The position numbers were made by a program, and so were the translations under genes. The notes beneath the pieces are model-generated. The model did not search any database and was not told the DNA's origin. It saw nothing but the letters and a program-made list of their open reading frames with translations. Shown piece after piece: positions 22,422-31,840 of a DNA stretch of 64,000 bases (within the stretch, counting starts at the first letter, position 1; each line of letters starts with the position of its first letter). Origin of the DNA: Chloroflexi bacterium RBG_13_51_36 (GTDB taxonomy: Bacteria > Chloroflexota > Dehalococcoidia > GIF9 > AB-539-J10). The DNA lies in contig MGMS01000010.1 of assembly GCA_001796515.1 (NCBI GenBank), positions 18,209 through 82,208 of the forward strand, given 5' to 3'.

Positions 22422-24050
22422 TCATTCCAGGGAAATTACATAATCGTAATGTGGCTGACCGCCGTAGATTACCTCGACCCCGGCGTGGTAGCGGTCGCGA
22501 ATTTCCCGCGCTAGTTCTTGAGCTTCGGTATCCTTGATTTCGGCGCCGTAATAAACGGTGACTATCTCCGCTTTTTCCGCTCCGGCTTTGCCGAGAGCTT
22601 CAAGGATAGTATCTTCTATTTTATCGGCCCTGGCCAGCAAATCATCATCGTTCAGAATGGCAATGAATTGCCCTTTCTTTACTTCCAGGCCATTGAGGCG
22701 GGTGTCACGCACTGCTCTGGTAACCTCGATGGCCTTTACTTTGTCTATTGCTTTCTCCATAACCCTGGCGTTCTGTTCTAGATTCAGGTCATAACCGAAA
22801 GCCAGAAATGCCGCTATGCCTTGAGGGATGTTCCTGCTGGGAATCACCTTCACTTTTTTGGAAGTCAGGGACCGGACCTGAGAAGCAGCCGACACTATGT
22901 TCTTGTTATTGGGCAGCAGGATGATGTTGTTCGAGGGAGCGGACTCCACAGCTTGCAAGAGCTCACGGACACTGGGATTCATCGTTTGCCCGCCCGGGAC
23001 GATGATGATATCACCTAAGCTATTAAGCAGGTCGAAAAACCCGGCTCCGGTGGCCACTGTTACCATGGCGATATCCACTTGAGGCATCCTTTCCCTCTGC
23101 ATCTTGATGAATTCAGCGTACTGGTCATCCATGTTGTTGATAGTTATCTCATGCAGTTTGCCAAGCTTTGTGGCATATTCCAGGATTTCACCGGGCTTGA
23201 AGCTATGGATATGAATTCTGACCAGAGTGTCATCGCCGGTAACTATTAAAGACTGCCCCTTCTTTGTGAGGTCTTTTTCGATCTTGTCCAGACCAAGACT
23301 CTGCCCCTCCAGGACAAAATTCGTGCAATAACCGTGAGGCGCCTCCAGATGGGTCAGCCTCTGGGCTGTCCTGGGAACCGATTCTCTCTCGGCGACAACC
23401 AGGCGGGGCCTCCGATACTGTATCTTCTGTGACTCTCCCTTGAGGAGTTGCAGGGCGCCGTCCAGTAACACGTACAGGCCCTGCCCGCCGGCATCCACCA
23501 CTCCGGCATCCCTTAACGCTGGCAGTAAGCTGGGCGTCCGTGCCACCGACTCCTCAGCCGATTTTACCGCCGCTTCCAATACCGAGACCAGGGCAGCATC
23601 ATTTCTACCCGCTTCTTGAGCCGCTTTGGATGCGTCTTTAAGTACCGTCAGGATGGTGCCCTCGACAGGATTGGCAATCCCTTTGTAAGCAGTTTGCGAT
23701 GCTCTGGCCAGGGCCCGGGCGAAATCCCCGCCGTCGAAACTGGCCTTGCCCTCCAGCCCTTTAGCGAAGCCTCTAAAGAATTGAGATAGGATAACCCCGG
23801 AATTGCCCCGCGCACCCATCAAGGCGCCGTGAGCCAGTGATTTGGCTACCGAACAGGCCTGGTTATCCGAATTGGACTTCACCTCTCCCAGGGCGAACTG
23901 CATGGTGAGCACCATATTGGTGCCCGTATCACCGTCAGGAACGGGAAAAACGTTTATGGCATTGATATCGGGGGCACTCTTCTGCAGCCAGGCGGTCCCT
24001 GCAGCAAACATTTCCTTCAGGGTTTTACCGTCGGCTAAATCACTTTTCAT
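22422..24050 (-). CDS. yloV: DAK2/DhaL-domain protein YloV
   Basis: 542 aa with N-terminal DhaL-like domain and C-terminal DegV-like region. Conserved rpmB-yloV-recG neighbourhood. Confidence 0.8.
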   Translation of the reverse strand: MKSDLADGKTLKEMFAAGTAWLQKSAPDINAINVFPVPDGDTGTNMVLTMQFALGEVKSNSDNQACSVAKSLAHGALMGARGNSGVILSQFFRGFAKGLEGKASFDGGDFARALARASQTAYKGIANPVEGTILTVLKDASKAAQEAGRNDAALVSVLEAAVKSAEESVARTPSLLPALRDAGVVDAGGQGLYVLLDGALQLLKGESQKIQYRRPRLVVAERESVPRTAQRLTHLEAPHGYCTNFVLEGQSLGLDKIEKDLTKKGQSLIVTGDDTLVRIHIHSFKPGEILEYATKLGKLHEITINNMDDQYAEFIKMQRERMPQVDIAMVTVATGAGFFDLLNSLGDIIIVPGGQTMNPSVRELLQAVESAPSNNIILLPNNKNIVSAASQVRSLTSKKVKVIPSRNIPQGIAAFLAFGYDLNLEQNARVMEKAIDKVKAIEVTRAVRDTRLNGLEVKKGQFIAILNDDDLLARADKIEDTILEALGKAGAEKAEIVTVYYGAEIKDTEAQELAREIRDRYHAGVEVIYGGQPHYDYVISLE

Positions 24051-24117
24051 TCCACCCCTTCACCCGGGCTAAGAATTGTGATATCATTACGCAAATTCAA
24101 CAGAAAGAGAAGTCTCT

Positions 24118-24300
24118 ATGAAGTGCGAAATTTGCGGCAAAAGGGTTGGTTTTGGGTGCAGTGTAAGCCATTCCAAACAGCATACCCACCGGCACTGGTT
24201 CCCTAATATTCAACGTGCTACGATTATGGTAGAGGGAAGGAAGAGAAAAGTCAACATCTGCACCAGGTGCCTCCGCACCCAGTACAAAGCCGCCCGCTAA
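24118..24300 (+). CDS. rpmB: 50S ribosomal protein L28
   Basis: 60 aa. MKCEICGKRVGFG...HSKQHTHRHWFPNIQ is the L28 signature. Confidence 0.85.
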   Translation: MKCEICGKRVGFGCSVSHSKQHTHRHWFPNIQRATIMVEGRKRKVNICTRCLRTQYKAAR

Positions 24301-24380
24301 AAAATGGGGTCAACTCTATTTTTCTTCACAACCGTGGGGCGTGCAGAGAAGCCGGGGAAAAACAGAGTTGACCCCATTTT
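24301..24380. terminator. Long perfect inverted repeat, probable bidirectional terminator between rpmB and the convergent GNAT gene
   Basis: AAAATGGGGTCAACTCT (24301-24317) pairs perfectly with AGAGTTGACCCCATTTT (24364-24380). Confidence 0.55.
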
Positions 24381-24830
24381 CTACAGGTCCACTTCAAAAA
24401 GTATCTCTGTTTTGTTGAACCCGCACCTCTTGTAGAACCTTCTGGCTTTAACGTTTGTCTTTTCCGTGCTCACTTCAACTTCACAACATCCTAGTTGCCT
24501 GCATTTCTCTATAGTGGCCAGGACCAGCTGCTTGCCGATGCCCTTCCCCTGATATTCCTTTGTCACAACAAGCTCATCAATCAAAGCCGACGGACTCTGG
24601 TGCAGAATCGTCTGTCTAGTCATGAAATGGATGAATCCCACCGGGGTCCCCTTTATCGCCGCCACCAGGAAATGTGATTTACTATCCTTCAGGTGGTGCT
24701 CGCAGGTTTCAAGCGCGATTCCGATGTCGATACATTCAGTATCGTCCATGGCATCTACGAGTTCGGTCACCAACTTCCGAATCGCCGACAAATCCGATTT
24801 TCTGGCCTTTCTAATGACAATATCTTTCAT
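24381..24830 (-). CDS. GNAT family N-acetyltransferase
   Basis: QGKGIGKQLV acetyl-CoA binding motif. 149 aa. Confidence 0.8.
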   Translation of the reverse strand: MKDIVIRKARKSDLSAIRKLVTELVDAMDDTECIDIGIALETCEHHLKDSKSHFLVAAIKGTPVGFIHFMTRQTILHQSPSALIDELVVTKEYQGKGIGKQLVLATIEKCRQLGCCEVEVSTEKTNVKARRFYKRCGFNKTEILFEVDL

Positions 24831-24921
24831 CTCAAATACTAAGCGACACAGACGGCTCTTTCTAGAAATTTTGCATTTTGGCTTGTAATTTTGATTTTTG
24901 ACCTTTGAACTTTGATATTGT

Positions 24922-25587
24922 TTATGATTTCTGTGAGGTTGCTTCCCTCAGCTTCCTCATTGCCCCGCTTATCCCTTCCTGGGCCCTGAATACGCTGTTT
25001 CCCGCCACCAGGACAGTGGCGCCCGCTTCAACCACGTCAGGGGCGTTGTCCGCATTGATCCCCCCGTCGACTTCGAGCTCGGCGCCCAGTCCTCGATCAT
25101 CCAGTGTCTTGCGTACGCTCTCTATCCTGGGCAATGTCTCAGGGATAAAGGATTGCCCGCCGAAGCCCGGATTGACGCTCATAACAAGGACCAGGTCCAC
25201 CTGACGGAGAAACTCCTCCACCGCGCAGATGGGAGTGGCCGGATTTAAGGATACTCCCGCCCTGGCCCCCGATTCCTTTATCAAGCGTATCGTGGCCTGC
25301 ACATGGGGAGAGGCTTCCACGTGCACGGTGATAATATCGGCGCCGGCGTCGACAAATTGAGATACGTACCGCTCCGGGTGCTCTATCATGAGATGAACGT
25401 CCAGAGGCAGGCCGGTCACGGCACGAATCGAAGCCACCACGGAAGCACCGATGGTGATATTTGGCACAAAGTGCCCGTCCATGACATCCACGTGGATATA
25501 GTCGGCCCCGGCCCCGGCCACCTCGTCAATCTGCTCACCCAGGCGGGCAAAATCAGCCGAAAGAATCGAGGGCGCCAGCTTAATCAT
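24922..25587 (-). CDS. rpe: Ribulose-phosphate 3-epimerase
   Basis: HVDVMDGHFVPN, the MIEHPE region and a C-terminal DGGI motif. Confidence 0.9.
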   Translation of the reverse strand: MIKLAPSILSADFARLGEQIDEVAGAGADYIHVDVMDGHFVPNITIGASVVASIRAVTGLPLDVHLMIEHPERYVSQFVDAGADIITVHVEASPHVQATIRLIKESGARAGVSLNPATPICAVEEFLRQVDLVLVMSVNPGFGGQSFIPETLPRIESVRKTLDDRGLGAELEVDGGINADNAPDVVEAGATVLVAGNSVFRAQEGISGAMRKLREATSQKS

Positions 25588-26951
25588 TTCTTAGTCAGCC
25601 TCCTGGCTCTCCTCAGCGCCTTCGCCACCTGCTGCGGAGAAGTGCCCCCGGCCACGTTCCGGGCGACTACCGATGATGCTAGAGTTATGTCATAGACATC
25701 GCCGGCGAAGAGCGGGGAAAACTCGCGGTATTCCTTCCGTCCAAGTTCCCGGAAGCTCTTGCCCTTGCTCATGGCATATTCGCTCAGCCTGGCCACCACT
25801 CCGTGGGCTCTCCGGAACGGCAGGCCTTTCTTGACCAGATAGTCAGCCAGGTCCGTGGCCAGGACATAATCTGTCTTCATCGCCTGGGCAATACGCCCGG
25901 CGTTTATCTTGATTGTCTTTATCATTCCGGCCGATACTGCCAGGCTGGCCTGCAGCGTATCCACTGTGTCGAAAAGCCCTTCCTTGTCCTCCTGCATGTC
26001 CCGGTTATAGGCTAAAGGCAGCGACTTCATAATGGTCAACATGCCCATCAGGTGGCCGTACACCCGCCCGGTCTTCCCCCTGGCCAGCTCGGCCACGTCG
26101 GGGTTCTTTTTCTGGGGCATGATGCTGCTGCCCGTGGTAAAGGCTTCGCCAATCTTTATGAAGCCGAACTCGTTCGATGACCACAGGACAAGCTCTTCGG
26201 CCAGGCGGGAAAGGTGCATTATCGTGATGGCCGCCGCCGCTTCGTACTCTATGATGAAGTCCCTGTCGGAAACGGCATCCAGGCTGTTGGTGCTTACCTT
26301 GCTGAAGCCCAGCTCCTGCGCTACGAACTCCCGGTCTATGTGATAAGGGACTCCGCCTAAGGCGCCGCTGCCCAGCGGCATGACGTCGGTGCGGCCCAGA
26401 CAGTCGTGAAATCTCTCTTTGTCCCGTTGGAACATCTCGAAATAAGCCAGCAGATGATGTGCCAGCAGGACCGGTTGGGCTTGCTGAAGGTGGGTATAGC
26501 CGGGCATGATGACGTCCTTGTTCGCGCCGGCCAGCTCCACCAGCACGGCCTGCAGGGCTCTTATCTTATCAACGGTCTTCAGGATTTCCTCTTTGACGAA
26601 CAGCCGCAGGTCCAGGGCCATCTGGTCGTTTCTGGAGCGGGCGGTATGAAGCTTGCCTGCTGTCTCGCCTATCTTTTCAAACAACCGCGCTTCGATATTC
26701 ATGTGTATGTCCTCAAGCTCGGTCCTGAATTGAAACCTCCCCCGCTCGATTTCCTTTCGAATAGAGTCGAGCCCCTTGATTATCACCGCCGCCTCGCCCC
26801 CGGCTATTATCTCCTGCTTGGCCAGCATTCTGGCGTGGGCGATGCTTCCCTCGATGTCCTGGCGATATAGCCGGCGGTCGAAGGGAATAGAAGCCCCGTA
26901 ATCCCGTGCTTGTTTATCAGTCATGCTGAGTTTTATAGGCGAGCTTTTCAT
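25584..26951 (-). CDS. argH: Argininosuccinate lyase
   Basis: GSSIMPQKKNPD fumarate-lyase signature. 455 aa. Confidence 0.92.
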   Translation of the reverse strand: MKSSPIKLSMTDKQARDYGASIPFDRRLYRQDIEGSIAHARMLAKQEIIAGGEAAVIIKGLDSIRKEIERGRFQFRTELEDIHMNIEARLFEKIGETAGKLHTARSRNDQMALDLRLFVKEEILKTVDKIRALQAVLVELAGANKDVIMPGYTHLQQAQPVLLAHHLLAYFEMFQRDKERFHDCLGRTDVMPLGSGALGGVPYHIDREFVAQELGFSKVSTNSLDAVSDRDFIIEYEAAAAITIMHLSRLAEELVLWSSNEFGFIKIGEAFTTGSSIMPQKKNPDVAELARGKTGRVYGHLMGMLTIMKSLPLAYNRDMQEDKEGLFDTVDTLQASLAVSAGMIKTIKINAGRIAQAMKTDYVLATDLADYLVKKGLPFRRAHGVVARLSEYAMSKGKSFRELGRKEYREFSPLFAGDVYDITLASSVVARNVAGGTSPQQVAKALRRARRLTKK

Positions 26952-26955
26952 AGAC

Positions 26956-28197
26956 CTAGGTACCTCCTCCAGTCTTCATGGGGCGGACCAACAAAATGGC
27001 CACGACAGCTATAGCATAACATACCGTAGACACTAATGCTGCGGTATTATAGGAACCGGTTGTTTCGCGGAGAGTGGCCCAGATCAAAGGCCCCCAGCCC
27101 CCGATCAAGCCGTAGCCAAAGGTGATAATTCCGAACAGCGAGCCCACACGCGCCCTGCCGAAAAGATCGCCCAGCAATGGAGCATACAGGGGGACCTGCA
27201 GGCCTGTGCCCAGGCCCACGCCGATGGAGAGCGCCATCAGGCCCGGCTGGGTATGTACTCCCAGCCATCCGTAAAGCATAGCTGCCGTGGCGATGATGAG
27301 ACCTACCGGCATCACGCGTCCCTTTCCATATTTGTCGCCCAGCCAGCCGCCTGCTACGGAACCGACCATCCACGCCAGCGCGAATACCGTGGCAAAAATC
27401 CCGGCGGCTGCCTCCGGGCAGCCCAGTTCCGTGCCCCACGTTACTGAGTGGGCCGCCAGTCCGTTAAGGCCGATGTTATATACAGAGTAGGCGGTCAGCA
27501 GCATGAGGAACTGCGGCGTTTTCAGAGCACGCTTTATATTCCAGGATATCTCTATGGATGCCGTCCCGTCGGCAGCCGATGGAGATGCCCGGCCGTCAGG
27601 ACGCAGTCCTACAGACTCCGGAGTGTCGCGAATGACGAACAGCGCGCACAGTATGATGACGGCGCCGAAACAGATTCCCAGGACAAGTGAAGTGTAACGC
27701 CACCCCTGGGAATCGGCCAGCCCCGTCATTACCGGCATGAATATGGAGTTGCCCAGGGCCCAGGCGCTGCCGGTGATGCCGGCCACTGCTCCCGCCCGCT
27801 TTATGAACCACTTGCGTGTTGTCGCCATGACTGGGACATAGTGGGTCAGACCGACTGCCGCCGACAGGAGCACGCCGTAATAAAGATACAGTTGCCAGGG
27901 CGCTTGCACGGCCGAGAACAGTACCCAGCCCAGGATGGTAATGGCGCCGCCGATTAAGAAAGTCTTCCGGCTTCCGATTCTGTCGACCAGTACGCCCGCG
28001 AGCAGGACAAACAGAGCGTACAGCCATATGGCGATACTCTGGGCCAGGCTTATTGTCTCCCTTGTCCAGCCCAGGTCGTCCATGATGAAGGGCAGGAAGG
28101 CAGCCAGGTTGTATCTGCCCAGAGACGCAACGATATCTATGGCAAACAGCCCCACGACTATCCACCATCCATAGAATATGGGCTGCTTCCTGGTCAA
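26956..28197 (-). CDS. MFS transporter
   Basis: 413 aa, 12 predicted TM segments, DRIGSRK loop motif. Confidence 0.8.
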   Translation of the reverse strand: MTRKQPIFYGWWIVVGLFAIDIVASLGRYNLAAFLPFIMDDLGWTRETISLAQSIAIWLYALFVLLAGVLVDRIGSRKTFLIGGAITILGWVLFSAVQAPWQLYLYYGVLLSAAVGLTHYVPVMATTRKWFIKRAGAVAGITGSAWALGNSIFMPVMTGLADSQGWRYTSLVLGICFGAVIILCALFVIRDTPESVGLRPDGRASPSAADGTASIEISWNIKRALKTPQFLMLLTAYSVYNIGLNGLAAHSVTWGTELGCPEAAAGIFATVFALAWMVGSVAGGWLGDKYGKGRVMPVGLIIATAAMLYGWLGVHTQPGLMALSIGVGLGTGLQVPLYAPLLGDLFGRARVGSLFGIITFGYGLIGGWGPLIWATLRETTGSYNTAALVSTVCYAIAVVAILLVRPMKTGGGT

Positions 28198-28351
28198 AGC
28201 GTCACACCTTTCATGCTTCTGAAGTTCCGGCTGTACAGCCGGTCACAGGAAACGAATGGTGGGTACTCTTGGACCTGTTTGTCGGTGTTTTTCACAGAGC
28301 GACTACACAAATGACTAATCCGTATCTATCTCATCTGCTTGGTCAATACTG

Positions 28352-28573
28352 TCATAACAGCTTGGTGAATTCGCTTACCGACAATCCCGCCTGACGAATA
28401 ATAGCTCTTAGTGTTCCTCTATCCAATTCCTTATGAAGAGGGACAACCAATTGACAAAACGGCTCATCCCGCCTGACCGTCACGTGACTACCCTCATGCC
28501 TTTTGGGATAGAATCCTGCCTTTGCCAGAGCTTTGATACACTTTTCGCCTGATAGGACAGGAAGCTTGCTCAT
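28352..28573 (-). CDS. hicA: HicA-family toxin (mRNA interferase)
   Basis: KALAKAGFYPKRHEGSHVTV, YcfA/HicA fold. Overlaps hicB by 4 nt. Confidence 0.8.
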   Translation of the reverse strand: MSKLPVLSGEKCIKALAKAGFYPKRHEGSHVTVRRDEPFCQLVVPLHKELDRGTLRAIIRQAGLSVSEFTKLL

Positions 28574-28776
28574 ACCACTACCACTGATACGGCAAACTTC
28601 TCTTTGGGCACAGGAATGCTATCCTCCTCGAGGGCGTGGATATAACAGCTTATCGCTTCCTTGATGTTCTTTATTGCTTCCCTTTTTGTCTTTCCCTGGC
28701 TGACGCAGCCGGGCAAGCTAGGGCACTCCACTACCCAGTAGCCATCCTCACCGGGATATAAAATAACCTCTCGCAT
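28570..28776 (-). CDS. hicB: HicB-family antitoxin
   Basis: YWVVECPSLPGCVSQGKTKREAIKNIKEAI motif of the HicB/UPF0150 family. Confidence 0.8.
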   Translation of the reverse strand: MREVILYPGEDGYWVVECPSLPGCVSQGKTKREAIKNIKEAISCYIHALEEDSIPVPKEKFAVSVVVV

Positions 28777-28869
28777 TTCCCCTCCTCTCTAATTCTCTTG
28801 GCACGTCGGTTCTCGCTTTCAGCAATTATACCTTGTTTTGCTGCTATTTTTAACAGGAACAATAACCCT

Positions 28870-29390
28870 GTGTAATTGCGAGCCCTTTCTCTATTCCACT
28901 GTCATTGCGAGGAGCCCCGAGGAATCGGGGCGACGCGGCAATCTCATTTGCCGAATCCCAAACACGATTGTAGTGCGACCTTTCAAGGTCGTGCAATGCC
29001 GCCTTGGCACGAGGCCAAAGCCTCGCACTACATTTTTCGCTTTGATTTGTCATTTTGATATTGTTTAGGATTTGGTGCTTGGGATTTCCCTTCAGAGATC
29101 GCTTCGGCACTGTCGTGCCTGGCAAAGACACACCCCATGTCATTGCGAGGAGCCCCGATGAATCGGGGCGACGTGGCAATCTCATTTGCCAGATTCCAAA
29201 CACGATTGTAGTGCGACCTTTCAAGGTCGTGGAATGGCGCCTCGGTACGAGGCTAAAGCCTCGCACTACATTTTTCGCTTTGATTTGTCATTTTGATATT
29301 GTTTAGGATTTGGTGCTTGGGATTTCCCTTCAGGGATCGCTTCGTCGCCCGCGGCTCCTCGCAACGACACACTCCACGTTACGAAGGCGT
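28870..29390. repeat. Two tandem ~238-bp units (28901-29138 and 29139-29376), each headed by a TGTCATTGCGAG module and containing three hairpins
   Basis: The units are near-identical. Hairpins: GCCCCGAGGAATCGGGGC, GCGACCTTTCAAGGTCG(T)GC and CGAGGCCAAAGCCTCG. A degenerate head copy lies at 28870-28884 and an inverted partial copy at 29343-29375. Confidence 0.8.
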
Positions 29391-29430
29391 TGACCAAGGG
29401 CAACGGATTCCATTCCGCAGCGGTTAGATG

Positions 29431-29436
29431 TATAAT
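29431..29436 (+). promoter_or_regulatory. Putative -10 hexamer TATAAT for the first membrane-protein paralog
   Basis: TATAAT lies 58 bp upstream of the ATG at 29495. A near-identical upstream block is repeated before the paralog. Confidence 0.4.
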
Positions 29437-29494
29437 GGAATGAAGAGGGTATAAGAACAAACTGACAATGACTAACCCTCAAAGGAGTGAGTAG

Positions 29495-29857
29495 ATGCGT
29501 GTTTTGAAGGTCATTTATGTTCTGGCTATAGCGGCTTCGATTATTGCGCTTGTCATCGCGGGCGTCGATGCCTTCTATCCTGAGTCTTCACCATGGCAGA
29601 ATTCAGAGGTACATGCCAGGAACGTATTTTTCGTTGCCTTGCCTCTGGGCTTGGTGCTTGCTGTCGCGGGCGCCTTCCTCCAGAGAAAGTCGGGTATCTT
29701 CGGGGCCGGCTTGATTCTGGGGGGCGTGGGGACGATGGTATATGCAATTGTGCCTTATGGGCTGGACAGCACACTGAGATTTGCCGGCATCGCTGTCATC
29801 CTGCTTGTGCTGATCTTCGTGGGCAACAGGGTCTTCCTTTCCCTAAAAAGAACCTAA
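29495..29857 (+). CDS. Small membrane protein, paralog 1
   Basis: 120 aa with 3-4 TM segments. N- and C-terminal regions are shared with the gene at 30009. Confidence 0.6.
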   Translation: MRVLKVIYVLAIAASIIALVIAGVDAFYPESSPWQNSEVHARNVFFVALPLGLVLAVAGAFLQRKSGIFGAGLILGGVGTMVYAIVPYGLDSTLRFAGIAVILLVLIFVGNRVFLSLKRT

Positions 29858-29945
29858 CGTGTTTCTCTAAACACTGATACTTTGTCTTGCCGGCGTTTTT
29901 GACAGGAGCGCCTGCTCGCAGATTCCATTCCGTGGTAGTTAGATA

Positions 29946-29951
29946 TATAAT
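29946..29951 (+). promoter_or_regulatory. Putative -10 hexamer TATAAT for the second membrane-protein paralog
   Basis: Same spacing (58 bp) to the GTG start at 30009. The flanking sequence CCATTCCG...TAGATATATAATGGAAT is duplicated. Confidence 0.4.
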
Positions 29952-30008
29952 GGAATCGAGGGGGAGATAGAAAAACGGACGTTGACTAACCCTCGAAGGA
30001 GCGAATAG

Positions 30009-30467
30009 GTGCGTATTCTTAGAGTCATCTACGTTCTGGCTATAGCGGTTGCGCTCACCGTGCTCGTCATCGTGGGCGTACAGACTTTCTATCCCGCCCC
30101 CCAGTACCCGGACTGTTATGAGCTGCTGGGGCCCGCGCCGGATTACGAGAGCCCTGAGTATCAAGAGTGGGATCAAGAATGCACCAGCCTTGGGGACGAA
30201 TACCGGCAGGAAGCAGCGGTGCATGACAGGAACACATTCTTCATTGTCCTGCCTCTGGGGGTGGTGTTTGCCGTCGTGGGCACGGTCATACTGAGAAGGC
30301 TGGGCATCTTTGGGGTCGGTTTGATTCTGGGCGGCCTGGGAACGATGATATTCGCGGTAGTACCTTATGATCTGGACAACATACCGAGGTTCATCGGCGT
30401 TGCTGTCATCCTGGCTGTGCTTATCTTCGTAGGATATAAGGTCTTCATCTCGTTGAGAAAAAGCTAG
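30009..30467 (+). CDS. Small membrane protein, paralog 2 (with a 30 aa insert)
   Basis: 152 aa. MRILRVIYVLAIA... and the C-terminus match paralog 1. Confidence 0.6.
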   Translation: MRILRVIYVLAIAVALTVLVIVGVQTFYPAPQYPDCYELLGPAPDYESPEYQEWDQECTSLGDEYRQEAAVHDRNTFFIVLPLGVVFAVVGTVILRRLGIFGVGLILGGLGTMIFAVVPYDLDNIPRFIGVAVILAVLIFVGYKVFISLRKS

Positions 30468-30506
30468 CGTGTCTTTCCATAATAATAGAACAGGGGGAAT
30501 ATAAAC

Positions 30507-31403
30507 ATGCCAGTTATCCGTACTCCGGACAAACGTTTTTCCAAATTGCCCGGTTTCCCTTTTGCCCCGCACTATATCGAGCTCAACGGACTGCGCATAC
30601 ATTACGTGGATGAAGGCAAAGGACAGGCCATACTTTGTTTGCACGGCGAGCCCTCATGGTCGTTCCTGTATCGTAAGATGATTGCCGTTATGTCCAAAAA
30701 GCACCGCGTTGTAGCTATGGACTTTCTCGGTTTTGGCCGGTCCGATAAGTTTACCGAGCGGGAAGCATATTCCTTCAGGATGCACCTGGGCACGTTGACG
30801 GGCTTCATAAAGGCCATGGACCTCAAGCAGATAACCGTTGTGGTCCAGGATTGGGGTGGGTTGATTGGCCTGGCTGCGGTCGCCCATATACCGGACCGTT
30901 TTGCCCGGCTGGTTATCATGAATACCGGCCTGCCCACGGGCAAGGGCAAGCCCGGCGAAGCTTTCCTGGCCTGGCGAAAGTATGCCGAGACCCATCCCGA
31001 CATGCAGATCGGGCAGTCCATACTGGGCGGCATGGCCCACCCCGAGAAGATTACTAAAGAAGTCGTGGCTGCCTATGAGGCGCCCTTTCCCGACGTTAAA
31101 CACAAGACCGGGGCTGCCGTGTGGCCGCTCCTCGTTCCCATCAGACCCGACGACCCCGCTGCCGCCGAAATGCGGCATGCCCGGGAGGTCCTGTCCAAGT
31201 GGGACAGGCCGGCCCTGGTCATGTTCTCAGATAAAGACCCTATTACGGGCGGCGGTGACAAGTTCTTCCGCTCTCTTATACCTACAGCCAAAGACCAGCC
31301 GGACATTACCATCAAGGACGCCGGACACTTCCTCCAGGAAGAGAAGGGCCGGGAAATATCGAAACATATACTGGCTTTCATGAAAAGAACGCCTGTCTCC
31401 TAG
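30507..31403 (+). CDS. Haloalkane dehalogenase family alpha/beta hydrolase
   Basis: FPFAPHYIELNGLRIHYVDEG and VQDWGGLIGL resemble the N-terminal and nucleophile-elbow regions of DhaA/DhlA-type dehalogenases. 298 aa. Confidence 0.8.
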   Translation: MPVIRTPDKRFSKLPGFPFAPHYIELNGLRIHYVDEGKGQAILCLHGEPSWSFLYRKMIAVMSKKHRVVAMDFLGFGRSDKFTEREAYSFRMHLGTLTGFIKAMDLKQITVVVQDWGGLIGLAAVAHIPDRFARLVIMNTGLPTGKGKPGEAFLAWRKYAETHPDMQIGQSILGGMAHPEKITKEVVAAYEAPFPDVKHKTGAAVWPLLVPIRPDDPAAAEMRHAREVLSKWDRPALVMFSDKDPITGGGDKFFRSLIPTAKDQPDITIKDAGHFLQEEKGREISKHILAFMKRTPVS

Positions 31404-31791
31404 CACTTCGGCCATCATATCCTGCTCTGCCGGCATTCATGACAGGAGCACGAGCCTCCCGCATCATTGCGAGCCATTTCCCTACCTCAGTGACATTGCG
31501 AGCCCTTTCTCCCCCTCTTAAGATAAGAGGGGTCAGGGGAGTTATGAAGGAAGCCCCTGTCCCCTTGTCATTGCGAGCGGAGCGCGGCAATCTCGTTAGC
31601 TAAATTCTGACTCCTGAACTCTGACCACCGCCTGCTATCTGCTGCCGCTTTTGTCATTTGGATTTTGAGCTTGATTTGGCATTTGGGCTTTGTCATTTGC
31701 CATTACGGGTTCCCCTCTTAAGATCAGAGGGGCAAGGGGAGTTATGAAGACGAGACGGTACGCTGGCCACTGTCAATGGGCTTGACAAGCG

Positions 31792-31821
31792 CCTGGGGAA
31801 GGAGTATCTTCATTGTAGATA
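31792..31821 (+). promoter_or_regulatory. Putative promoter of mazEF (-35 TTGACA; weak -10 region), duplicated at 32848-32877
   Basis: CTTGACAAGCGCC...GTAGATACT lies about 45 bp upstream of the GGAGG RBS and the ATG. Confidence 0.3.
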
Positions 31822-31840
31822 CTGTGAATGGAGGTTCGAT

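Noticed and set aside
27047-28174. Arg/Gly-rich overlapping ORFs inside the MFS transporter gene (27047-27439, 27596-28168 and others).
   Set aside because: Frame-shifted readings of a confidently called membrane transporter. Low-complexity composition.
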